Position numbers and translations under genes: made by a program
Notes under the pieces: generated by a model
What the model saw: the letters and a program-made list of their open reading frames with translations, nothing else
Databases searched by the model: none
What the model was told of the DNA's origin: nothing
Source of the DNA: Setoptus koraiensis
Taxonomy: Eukaryota; Animalia; Arthropoda
Length of the DNA: 64,000 nt
Reading direction: 5' to 3'
NCBI GenBank assembly: GCA_048013815.1
Contig: CM106585.1
Coordinates: 20,832,001 to 20,896,000 of the forward strand
Part shown: positions 38,564 through 51,800 of the stretch, piece by piece
How the letters are laid out: every line of letters begins with the position of its first letter
Numbering within the stretch: the stretch's first letter is position 1

Positions 38564-40344
38564 CTAGACTCTAGTAACAACTTCATCAATCACTTTATGC
38601 TTTCTATTTATGTGTGCGTTCTGATGGCCAGAGGCGAGCTGCTGAATCTTGGAACTCGAAAAATCCGATCCTGAATGCATCGATTTTCCTTTTGTTTCCT
38701 TGCTGCTCGAGCTAGTCTGGCCTGAGTTATCCATGCCAAACGATGATACAGAGGGCGATTTCTTGGCCATTCTCATGTGAGAGCTACTAGAGTTGTCAGT
38801 TGAGGACATTGGCGACGACTCATAATTGTAATCAGTAGGCAACGCATGGCCCGATGATTTGAATAGATCGGCGACACTATCCAAATCCAATCTATTTTGT
38901 GACGAATAATTCAATGGGTTGTTGCTCGATAATAGCAACGTGCTCGAAACACCGCTATCCTGTTGAACAAGACTCCCGACATTATTGTTGTTGCTGATAC
39001 TGGTGGATCTATCTGTTGGATATAAATAGAAATTGGGTTTATGGTTGCTACTTGTTTTATTGGTGTTTGAGCCATCTGATGCAATCTTGTCGATAAAATC
39101 CCTGGGCGCAGCCAATGTCAGACTATCGATACGTGTAATTCTATCACACTGATCGCTTTGTATTAGGGTCTTGAGGTTGTTGTCTTGGTGATTGTCATAT
39201 ATACTAGACGAAGTTGTGTTGCTTGCCAGTTCAGAGCGATTGAATACAGCTTGCTGCTGGAACATATCATCACTATTTGTATAAGTGTCCTGGTAGATAA
39301 CATCTGAATAGATGGGTTCCTCACTTTCATTCAAACTTTCCTGCTTTCTAATGAGATGTTGATTGATTGTTTGGTCGTAGGATTTTCTCGCGCCTTTCAT
39401 AGAGGCGGCCTTATCTAGAGCCGACTTTTTCTGATTGCTATTCGGAATTGACGTACGATTCAAACTTTGTAAGTAAGATTGCGGCTGTTGCCACTCTGGA
39501 TTAGCTGTTAGTTGCTGGTGTTGTTTCTGTTGAATTATCTGATGGAGTAGCCATTCTTCAGACTCAACAGCGCAAGAATTAGACTGTTTATGAAATAATT
39601 GATTGTTTTGATCTTTGCTAAAGTTGCTGTAGATCTGATACGATTGACCGTCTCGCTGCTGTTGCTGCTGTGACAATTGTTGCTGGCTCACTGACATGAG
39701 CGTTTTGGCGTTTATATTAATGAGAGTGCCATAATTCAACATGGAATCCAGAGAGGAGTTCTTTGGCCTAGATGATGTATAAGTAGTGTAGGGTTGCATT
39801 GTCGATTGATGATTTAAAGTCAGTTCTTTGCCATTTTGATACAGCTGCAACCGATGCTGACGACCATTTGGGTTTAGAGTTCTCTGCTTTTGTTGCAAAT
39901 GTTGATGTTGTGAAGGTATCAAAACTGAATTCGCATAATCATTTCTACTGCCGTTATCCTGACTGCGATCGCTCTTGTTTTTGAACGCCAAACAACCGCC
40001 AGATTTCGTAGAAGATAACGACGATCGTGGCGATAATCCTCCGTCTGGCGAGCGTGGCTTACAACTATGTTTAGATACTCTAAAGTAAATTACAATCAAA
40101 TAGACAATCCAAATGAGTGCTGCCAACACTATAATAATTATGGCTGTATTAATTAGAAAATGTTGAACCAGAACACTGTATCTCGATTGACCAACAGTGC
40201 TGCCGTCAGCCGATGGGTTACTGTCGTCGCCCATAAATGAAAATTTAGTTGTATTCATGAGTTGCGGTGGGAATTTAAGAATTTTCTCCGATATTATGTT
40301 GGCCGTCTGTATGGCTGCATCGGCCAATCCGTATCCTCTGTTAT
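38564..40344 (-). CDS. Last exon of the multi-Ig gene: TM helix and ~500-aa low-complexity cytoplasmic tail
   Basis: Acceptor TTTCCAG at 40345, phase 1; ends ...DEVVTRV*. Confidence 0.85.
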
Positions 40345-43300
40345 CTGGAAAGAAAAACAAGAATTGTTGGAAATTTGTCATACAAACTGTCATTTATCTG
40401 TAAACAAATCGGCTAAATGTAACCCAATATATTTCTATACTGATTTGTGTGGCTGAAAGACATTTTTCAAGCGACTTCATTAGCGACTTACTTTGTATAT
40501 ATTCCAAGTTGTGTCGGTCCAATCGACAGGATGTCAACAGACCCAAGTTGTCACGAATTACACACTTGTAATTGTTCAACTTATTGGAGTGCATGGAATC
40601 ATGAAGCATGATTGGCAGTATCACAGTCTGATGATAGTTATTATTATCATTTTGTATCAATTCATTTGGTTGCTTAATAGTTTGGCTGGTAGTATTTTTC
40701 GTTAGAATTTCATTCCCACTATACCAAGAGATCTCCACTGGTTGCCAATAGGAATAAATATCACAATTTAGATCAACTATTGAATAGTCAGTCCCACTGC
40801 TACGGTAATCCTTGCCTCGGGTCAATTGGCAAATGGGCGCGCCTAGGTATTTATTGGAAACAAACATTGAGATGTGACATATAAGTTAGAATGTGTCCTC
40901 AAAATGAGTGATTCTTTGATTCTAGTAGTAGCAGCCTTACCCTTCAATTGTAGATCGAACGATTCTCTCGCCTCGCCATGGATATTTATGGCTGAACAAG
41001 TATAGTTGCCCATGAGGGAAGATATCAATTTAACGCTGTTGAGGCCCCCTTTTAGCCTCTCTTGCTCCAATCTTATTTTGATCAAGTTCACTATGCTCAG
41101 AGTTTGCCCATCCGAGACAATATTGTGTTCCATATGATGAGAGTCACTGTAAGACAGAGCGGTTAGAAAATGGATTTGGTTGATGTGAGAATTGATGAGG
41201 TCATCCATTTAAATTCATGAGTTTTTTTCAATGAGAATTTGATAATAATGATTATATATTTGAAGCACTTACACATATTTCCATTCGTAGCGCGGCTCGG
41301 GATATCCCTTGGCCAGACATTCGATTGTGGACGGTATCACTTGAGGTTGGCCCTCTTCGAATTGTAACAAATTTGAAATTTCATTCAATTTTAACGGGTC
41401 ACCTTGGCTCAATCTCAGCGACCACGGGGAACCTGTTAGTTTTATGAGTTAAGCAAAGTTTGATAATACCAAGTTTGATTACATTGTATTATCAAGTCTG
41501 ATAGCGTGGATGTGTGAATATAAACAATTGTTCGTGCGATGTGTACTTACGTTCCACAAATATTCTTGTTTGTGATTGTTGATTAGATTGTTGGTTACCA
41601 GTAACAGTGTGATCTATGGCACATTTTATTGTCATTGTATCATCGTTTAAAAGATCCATAATTAATTTGTCCTGAATAACAAGCTCCGAAACACTATAAG
41701 CACTATCTGATGCGACATTGTTATCTAGATGATGCAATTCGTTGAAATTCATATTGTTGCTGTTGTCTATAGCATTAGGATTGTCGCCGTTAGAATCACT
41801 TTGCATGAATGTGGCCTGATTATGGCGCTTTACAACATTTCTACTCCAGTAAGACCAATATTTTCCTTTAGAATTCTTGACATATCTATCAATGGTTCTT
41901 ATTTGATACTCGTGCCTTTGAATGGTTCGCTTAATTGTTTGATATCTGTATTGGCCATTATTCACATTTATAATTGCTGAATGTTGATTAGTGACCAATG
42001 AATCGTACTCATGTCCAGCCCCATTTGGTAACCACAGATCCAATGCATCATCATTGATTGACCATACTATTCGACACAGTGGCTGACATTGTGCTCTACA
42101 TCGAAATACTTGCGTATTGCCACTCGACGATTTAATGAGATTAATTGTGGTGACAAATGGTAGGGGCGTCGTCAATTTTGGCGTCACTATAATATATAAT
42201 CAAGTGCAAAATTTGTTTGTTTTCGGTTGTTTGCATTAAATGAACAACATTATTAATTAAATGAAAAGTTACTTAGGTAAGTATAGCATATAAGTGTAGT
42301 TGACTATGTACATACCTCTTAGTTGAAGGTTGACTTCCGGTGCCATCATGTTCTCTTGCAGGAGTTGTTGGGGGTTATCGGGAACAGTGGCTCCATCTGC
42401 TATGGGCAGTATGTAGCATTTATAAGTGCCTGTGTTTTGTTGGACAAAGTCGTCTATTTTGTATTCACGAGCACCATCAGTGGGTATCATTTTATCATTA
42501 GTGAACCAGTAGACATAATAGTAATGTGATTTTGACTCCGACGTCTCGCCAACAGTAGCTTGCCTACTGGTATAGGAGGCGCCATGATTGCCATTTAATG
42601 TTGCATAATGTTTGCCTTTTTGTTGACGTTGTTGGTCGCTGATATCGTTGGTGGCATCATCATTATTGTCGCATTTCAAGCTAATTGAAGTGCCCTGCTC
42701 AACGACAAATATTCTCTCGTCGTCATTTGACTCACTGTCTGTCATGGTGTCACCTGAGGAGGAGTGTCTTACGTCATAATGGTCGAGTTTTTTCGAGCTC
42801 ACTATTCTCACAGTGGGCCTCTTGAGAACATCTATAAGTGGAAGTAGAGCGAGAGAGAGAGAGGATGCTTTGTTAAATCGAGTGCTGCCGTTGCTGTTGT
42901 TGTTGTTGATCATTTGTTGGAAATCATCTCGCCGGCTGGATAAACTTGTCTTGTCTCGCATTGTGTTGGCTCTCTGGCTTGCCAATTATTATATTATGTC
43001 ACACACTATTTTACTATTTTACCATTGTGCGTATGAAATTGTCATTAGGGGGTGAGTTCAATTTCACGCTCCAATGGCCAACATACAGATGGATAGGTGG
43101 CCGTAGCCTCGCTTTATTCAGCGCCACCAGCAAGGGCAGGCAAATTTGAATGAATGACTGTCATTTGTTGTGTCTAAGTGTCACCGAATTAAAGGACCGG
43201 TGATATAATTTAGCTGCGACTAGCTGCATGACTGGCTGGCAAGACAACGCGGGCCCATGTGCCAATAGTTTTGTCCACTTTAAAACGCGAAAAGTGACAC

Positions 43301-46300
43301 GCTAAACCAGCGTATTTAAGAGCGGCGTATTATTTCATTTTTTACGCTTCATTTGTGTATTTGGCGCCTCATAGCGACCAGCGCCAGAAATACGCCAAGC
43401 AAGCGCCAAGAATTTTGTCAAGCGAAACTCACTTTGTCAGTGAATACACTCGCTCTAAACGCTCAATATAGAGCTGTGCAATTTGGAGTATCATTTATAA
43501 CTATAGTCGCTATAGCTACTGATCATTAGCTCACAGCTCGGCCAATGGGTGTCGTGGGCCGCCAAGTAGCAAGTGGGCCAACTAAATAGTCGGCACAATT
43601 ACGTGACACTGACAGTCGCATTTCAGGTTTATCATGGTGGTCGTGTCCACCATAATGATAAACAATGTACACTAGGCGAGTTGCTTAGTGCCGATCGATT
43701 AAGCTGCAAACGCCATTTTATCAATGCCGATATTGATAAAATGATTGGCCCACAAATATACACCATGCGATAGGCGATATGTGCCAGATATGTGAGACCA
43801 CATATCTGGCCGGCGCGATATGTGCGCCGTATAATCTGAGATTGATGAGCTATGCTCTCATTTAAGCTCTACATACTCTCTACGGGCAGCTTGTTGTAAT
43901 GCCGGCCAGTAGTTGCCTATAAATATTACGCAGTAAGTATATTACGCAAGTAAGCAAGTCAAGTGAGTGAGACGATTGTTTAAATGAGTGTCGGCCCATC
44001 ATTGGTTGTCCAATTTAAATTGAACAACCAATGATGGGCACAATCACCAGCAGTGCCCTCTGTACTCCAAAGTGTGCGCCACATTAAGACGTATTTCGTA
44101 TGATCAGCACGACAAATCCCCGGCTTTTTGGCTCACTGGCAGCCAAACTGGTTGGCCCTCTACACGTTGCCAGTTGCCTGTGTTGTCTATATATCCTACG
44201 CTCTACAGTATATCTGGCAATTGTGGGCCGCAAGACAACGACAATCACTAGCCAGTTACATAACTGGCATAACTGGCATAACTGCCTCTCAGCTAAGCTC
44301 TCGTTATTAGACGCCAGTGGGCAGGCCACTGTTTAAAGTTGCGTAATAGCTGGCCAGACTATTACTTGATTGCTTTGCACGTGCCCATTGAATGTGATGA
44401 TGAAGTTGTCGTTGTGCATTGGTTGTTGTTGTTGTTGCCTGGCGCTGGCAGACAATGGGCACAGTCATACATTGCAACTACTGGTTGTTGGAGTATGGCC
44501 ACTGCAACGCAACTAGCAACAGTGGCGCCCTCTTTTCGGCACGAGCAACCATGGGCCACATGGCTCCAGCGGGCGATCATCATCGATCTAATGGACACAA
44601 TGGGTTGCGTGGGGGCCCACACTCAGTGTGCTGACGCTGCTATTTATGTATATATCGGTCGGGTGTGTGTGTATATAGCGTAAGATATTACGTAATATAT
44701 ATAAATACTGGCTGGTGGGCCGCTTGACGAGCTGCAAGTGGTCGCATGCATGCCAACATACCAAATATAACTGTGGCTTCGGTCCACTAGTCAGTCTCTC
44801 AAGTAGTTTACACTGGCTGGCTGGCTGGTCAGCGGCGCTGCCAGCTGGCGATGGGGCCAGCCAAAGCGTGAAACTCGGTGGCAAGCCGCGAGTTGGTGGC
44901 CCCAAAAGCCTCAGTGGGCCCCACAAGCCTCAGCGGGCCTCAGCGGGCCCCAATTGGGGGAGCTCGAGCAGACTCAGTGGGAGGCAGCGAGGACAGTTGT
45001 CAGCGGTTGAAGTTGCCAGAGCGGCGAGTGGGTGCAATGGGCCGAGTTGGGGCCAGAATTGAAATTGCAGATTGGGCACGGTGGCTGGCGCACAGCGAAG
45101 GGGCGCGGAGGCTCGAAGGCGCGTAGGCTCGAAGGCACGGAGGCGAAGAGAATTAGAAATTGCTGGCCACTGTAAATACAGTATGTTCGGCATGTGAGAG
45201 GACACAGCAGAGCGCGGACAGATATGCACACCAATAGGCTATACACACACACACACTATATACTTATACATCAAGCGGATATATATACAAATACACACAT
45301 ATATATATCCGACGGATATGTATAAATATACGGATATATGGCATCGAGCGAAGCGTGAATGTGTTGTTTATTCGGCGTGGTTCGCTAGCTCGGGGCAACA
45401 CCGACATCTAGCGACTAGCGCCAGTAGCCAGCCGGCGGTCGCTAGATGGTTGGCATAAACATTGAGCGCCGACGATTGTGTGTGTCATGATCATTATTTG
45501 GCACTGACCATTGGCCGCCCAAATCCATTCATGGCGAGCGGCCAGTTTATCGGCCAAAGCGAGTTTATAGAGGCCAAATAGAGCATAATCAAGACAACAA
45601 TCCACTAGTTATATCGTCAGGTCAGTCAGACTCTAACTGGCGCTCTAACGGGGGCTCAATTCGCACGAGCCAGCTCACAGTTGGCGCCACAGTTTGGCCA
45701 GCGGCCAGTTTTGCAGTTGACCAGTGCACCAGTGGTTCATCTATTGACACGTACGCGCCAGCGGAACGTGTCAAGTCGATTTAGTGCACGATGCCAATAT
45801 CTCACACGCCAGTGGCGCCCCCAGTTGCGTTTGTGTTTGTGTCGCTTGTAACAGCAACAACAACAAGCGAGGGGGCGCACAAACTGTCAACCATACTATA
45901 CTATTACGTAACAACTACAACTATCTAACTACACAAACGATAATGATGATGATTCGGCCCCCTCCTATAATCATATTGATCTCATCCGAGGCGCAACGTT
46001 ATCTCGCCGCTCAAAATATGCCCGTCTCATTGTGCGCACATTTGTTGTCTAGACTCTGGCGCGCACCAATCGCCACAAATAGCCTGCCCCCCCCCCAGCA
46101 AACAGCTGTTTGTGGCGCCCTCTAACTGACAGTTAGTAACTGTGCCACTGTCTGGCTGTCTAGCCAACCAGATCGAACAGGTAGTGGCGTGTTTCTGATC
46201 GATGGCCGGCAGAGATCGCCAGCATCGACAAGGCAGCAACAACTGGCATTGTAACAACTGTGGCTGTGAGAGGCGCCCCAATAAATTGCGACAATTGTGT

Positions 46301-48748
46301 GTCGATCTGTTGGTGCGATTTTTTGTCAGCCAAACAGACAAGCTCGGCCGCGAGTCGCGAGTTGCGAATTGCCAGTCGCAAATGCCAAAGTCAATTGTTT
46401 TTGTTTGTTTGTGTGCTGGCAACGACTTGTCGCAGCGACGATACGCTATTTGCACAAGATTTATTGATTTGGGCCCCACTTCGGATGGTCGCAGACACGA
46501 GCACGTAATTGATAGTTGGCTGCGATGAAAAATCAAACGCCGCTCACATCGATATCATCGACATCAACCGTGGGCCCCATTCTTTTTAACGGCAACAACG
46601 CGCCGGCCAACAGGCGGCCCCGTGAAATCGCTCACCTGTGCCCTCAATACAGTGCGACATCATTAATATCCGGCACAGTTCGTCCGGCGCCCGCAACTAG
46701 CTGACTGGCCCCACAAGCCTGTGTGACATTGTCATTAGTGGGCGCATAGTAATGAGCTGGCTCGGTGCCACCGTGCGAGTGCTTTTATCTGGGCCCGCAT
46801 CAATTGAGTCATAATGATCTCATTAGTTGTCTGTCGCTATTCATATTCATCGTTTCATTGCATGCGTTTGCGCCACCCACACATATAGCCAATGTCATAA
46901 TACACGCTCCATGCAATACTGTTAATAGACACTATTCACCTGTTCAGTGTCCAGTGTTCAGTGTTCAGTGTTCAGTGTTCAGTGTTCAGTGTTCAGTGTT
47001 CAGTGTCCAGTGTGTATGACATTGCACGCTGGACAGGTGAATACGCACGACATCATTGAATGGTGCGCCATCGCTGCAAGCTATCAATGACTTGACAGCA
47101 ATCAGCTGACACGGTGACGTGCAAAGCAACTTTGCCAAAGTTGTCACTGTCAGCTGATCAGTGGTCACTATTCATTCTGGCCGCTGGTGGCACAAACAAA
47201 CTTGCTCTGTGTTATGTGTGTCATGTGTGTTTATATCTCGACATAACCACTGTTTGATGACCAATGTTTGATGTCGATGACATAACGATGTTGAGTCACG
47301 CGCAAAACCAAAGACACGCTAAAAACTTTTGCGTGGCTTTGGTTTTATTATTATTATTATGGCGCCATCATTGCGTGTTGTCACCATTGTACTGTGTCCA
47401 TTTTCCGTTATTACATAATAACAAACTGAGCGTGTCAGCTGTTCGCTATAAAACACCTTGATGACACCGTTGATTTCACCGTGAACTCACTTTGCACCCG
47501 TATCATATTGTATGATTCATACGGGCCGTATGGCACACAATGATTGTGTCACAATGTGCCGTGTATGGGTGTAAAATATCATCAAATACCCCACAAATAC
47601 CCCCAGAATTGAGAATGTCTTCGAAGGGGGTATTTTCGAAATATCCGCATATACATATAGGTATTTGCAACATTTCGCCAGTGGTCACAACATTGTGACA
47701 ACACATTTTGTGGCCACAAAAGCCGCTTCTATCAACAATTGACAATTGTCGCACAAACAACGCGACAACATTGTGAGACATTGTGACTCACAATTTGTGA
47801 GGCCAACATGACGCAAGCGAGCCCGTCACTTTTGATTACAATTAAAACTGGAAGATTGCGCAAGCACACTGTCGTCGCACTGTCGCCTGTTACATAATAG
47901 CTGTTATTGCTGTTGAAACTGCACAATCGGTAGCATCCGTTGGTAATATAGATATAGAGATTGATTGTTGTTGCTGTTGCTGGCTTCAGCTTATGGCTGT
48001 TTGGCCATAATGGAGCTAAAAGCCAAAAGAGTTTATGGCGACCACAAAATGCGCTCGAAATCCGTTCTCGGGCACTGACAAACTATAAACTTGTGAGTTT
48101 GGTGGCAGCAACGGTGGCACAAGAAAGCAAACAATCGGTATAAACAAGAGACACTATTTATACATTTGTGTGCCGTGTCTCGCGCGACCAGTTTGGGGCC
48201 CAACGCCAAAACGCTGGCGCGCGTAAGTCACTTAAACCAGTGGTGTGGTCGCGGGCCCAAAGTTGACAGAGCTGACGCACACACAAACGCACGGCGCCCC
48301 AAATCATCGGCTATCAATTGTATGTGATAACAAACACGTTGCTGCAACATTGGCACTTTGTACATGTTGTGTAACTGCGTGTATTGTTGTTATTGTTATT
48401 ATTATTATTATTATTATGTAACGGCACACCGCTGTACATTACATATAGCGATATAACAAAGCAGATATAGACAGGAAAACACGTCGTAAATAATGTGGCA
48501 TGGGCAGTTTGTGTAGAGCGGCGGATAATTGGAAGGAATCATCATTAAATGGTCGCTGTGCGTTTGATGAGTGGGCGCTCTTTTTGCTGACCCAAACACA
48601 ATGTCGGCCAACAAAATTGTGTCCGTTGTCAGGCATTTGTTCGGGCATTGTCAATGGGCGAGCAAATTGTCAAAGAGTCAGCAGCTCGATGGCGGCTCGA
48701 ATTATGCAACTGCCCGTTTCGCTTGCACCCCGCTTAACTAACAACCGC

Positions 48749-48801
<53 letters not shown>

Positions 48802-51800
48802 TGGACATTAACTGTTTAAGCAAATATTTACGAATATATTACGTCATCTCGTGGCGCGTCCTGAGCGAGAGGCCACAACGTGCCGCTCGCACGGCTCTGC
48901 GCCTCGTTGGGGCCCTCGCAAGGCTCAGAGACTCGCCGCGCTCAGAGTCGCGAGGCCCGAGAGTCGCGAGGCCCGAGAGTCGCGAGGCCCGAGAGTCGCG
49001 AGGCCCGAGAGCCGCGAGGAGGCCGACAATGTCAAGAAGAAAAGCGACGCTAATGCGACTGCCATTCCGACTGGCGCCCAACCAGCGAAAGTTGGGGCCG
49101 GCGGCCTATAGGAAAACGCTGTTGCGCGCCACTGAAAATTAGAGCCGCACAAGGGCACACACACACGCACACACAAAGGATAAAAGATGATGATTATGTT
49201 ACATAATACATGTTTGCTCTGTCTGTGCCGCTATCCGACGGCGGCGCTCATTATTTAATGGACACACATCCTGTTTTCAGCCTGTAAGCCGGCCCCCGTA
49301 AGCACTTTACACTGACTATGCGGGCCAGGCATATTTGCCGATTGCGAGCCACCGGCGCTCTGTTTGCCGTTGGAAATCTGATAAGCTTGCGAAAAGTAGT
49401 GCCTACTCCTACTTTTTGCCAGCCGGCCACTATATTATTACCACACATAATATGTTATATAATATAGCGCGACTCAATATTAGCACAGCACAGCACGGCA
49501 CGGCACAGCGGCCATTATTAGCCGCAACGAGCGACGAGCCACGGGCCCCAATCAGCGAGCGCACCGGTAGCCGGGGCCAATTGGTGCCAATCGCTCGCCA
49601 GAGGGCACAAAGTATTTTGTTTCGGCCGCCAGCAGCCGGGCATTCGGCCCGACTCACAAGCCAGCGACTCACAAGCCAGGCATTCGGTGCTTGTGAGTTG
49701 GCTGGCGACACAAAGAGGGCGCCAATTGGGGCCAAAGAGTGGGCCCCAACAGACAGTCGGAGATAGAGTGAATGGTTTGTACTTACGTTTGACGTTGATT
49801 AAAATGGAATTTGTCGATGTGAAAGTGTCGGCCATTGTGCGCTTGTCATTGTCGCCGTTGATGGCGGTTGCCGGTGACGCAACCACAATGAAGGGCGATT
49901 CTTGGTCTTGGGCGCCAGTTGACGATTGCGACGACGCATAATTCGACGCGTAATTCGACGGATAATTTGGCGCATGATGCAACAATTGCAATTGGTGTGT
50001 GTGTGGCGAAAACAATTTACATAAACAAGTATATAGGCCAGAGTGTGATTGGGTGACATTGCGAAACAACAGTTTGCTGCTAATTAATATCTGGTCGCCA
50101 ATGTCATTTATTGCATCGCTGTCTGCATTTGTGATTGGATTTGCGACTGGACTTGTGACCGGATGTGACTGCATTGATGAAGTTTGTGAGCTGTCAATGA
50201 CGTGATTGTCGTCAACTATTGTCAATTGTCCGTTTGAGTGAGCGTTTGACGGCAGCGAGGCCAAGTTGTCATGACGAGTCGCCTGTTGGTTGTCTATTGG
50301 TTGCGCGTCCTTGAACCAGCTGAATGTCGCTCGCCACGATGTGGCGCCATCGCCAGATCGTATAAAAGAATTGTCCTTGTTACGTAACGTTATTGCGCCA
50401 AACGAACAGGTGAGCTGATAGGAGTCGCTCTCGTGCAGCGACACAATCGCATTTCCGGGTTCGAGCCACACAGTGGGCGGATCTGCAATGAACAATAACA
50501 AAATGATGAATTGATAAAAGCAATTATTGATAGAAGCAATTCGTTGCGGCGGTATTGTGATATTGCGACATTGAGACATTGCGACATTGGGACATCGAGA
50601 TATTGTGATATCGCGATTTCGCGATATCGCCATGAGTGACTATGCAAATAAGCTGAGCGGCGCCCCCACGAACACAAACTCAATCAATTTGAGTTGGCCC
50701 CCATTATTATAGCAACGGTTGGGGGCGCCACTTGGTTGGTTTGGCGTTGATATGGTGCGACAGTGAGAGTGAGAGTGCCAGCGCCACATTAATCATATCA
50801 CATTAATGAATCAATTAATATAGGCGAGCTGCTGCAATTAATACATCATATCGCCGATGTGTGTGCATTGTTTTGCGACGGATATTCTCGGATATTCACA
50901 ATAATAACAGTTGCGACAATTACAACAGTTGCGACAATTACGACAGTTGCGAGAATTGTGCGATAATGGACACAACAAATGAAGACTAAACAAACAAACA
51001 ATCACTTTTCAGCTACTTGCACTCGACTGTTACCGCCACAGGCCAGATATCGGCGAGTTATTATCGTTATTGTGGCATCTATAAGTTGCCAGTTGAGAAA
51101 AGTGCCAGTTTTTGCATTAAAACTGGCAGCGAAAGTTGGCTGCAAAAGTTGACAAAGCAAAGTGTTAGCTGTGGGCATCGTTTGCATGAATGCCAATGCT
51201 GGCTCGTCGTAAATCTCGGCCCGTTTTGTTATCTCATTATGCAAACATTAATGAGACGACGACATCTCAATGAGACTCAATGAGACTCATGCGATCTCAT
51301 GCGTTGGCCCGTTTTGTTCAACTGCACAAGTCGCAATTATGACAGTAGTTGCATAATGATCTCGCCCTCACTCTCGCTCTCTCTCGCTCACTCTCGCTCA
51401 CTCTCGCCCTCACTCTCTCACTGGCTGTCACAGGCCCACTGGCGAGCTCGCCAGTGGGCCTGTGAGAGCCAGTGGGCAAAGTTCAAATTGCGCTGGCGTT
51501 TATTTAATAGTATTTAATAGTATTCAATGGCATTCGAAGCCATTCGAAGCCATTCGCAGGCATTCGAAGCCATTCGCAGGCATTCAGTGGTAGGCGCCAG
51601 CGCGGCGACGAGTAAGTGTGAAGTCATTTCATGCCATCAGCTCGCTTTCTGGCCCCTCTCGCTCTCCGTCTCGCTCCGTCTCTCGCCTCTGTGTCGCTCT
51701 CTGTCGCCCTCTCCGGGCGACAGAGAGCGTCTGTCTGGCTGGCACGGCCGCGACCAGCTCGCTGACGAAGACGACAAACGGATAAAAGCAGCTGCTGATT

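Noticed and set aside
50458-50467. tRNA B-box/T-loop-like GGTTCGAGCC
   Set aside because: It lies within a coding exon on the opposite strand and no cloverleaf surrounds it.
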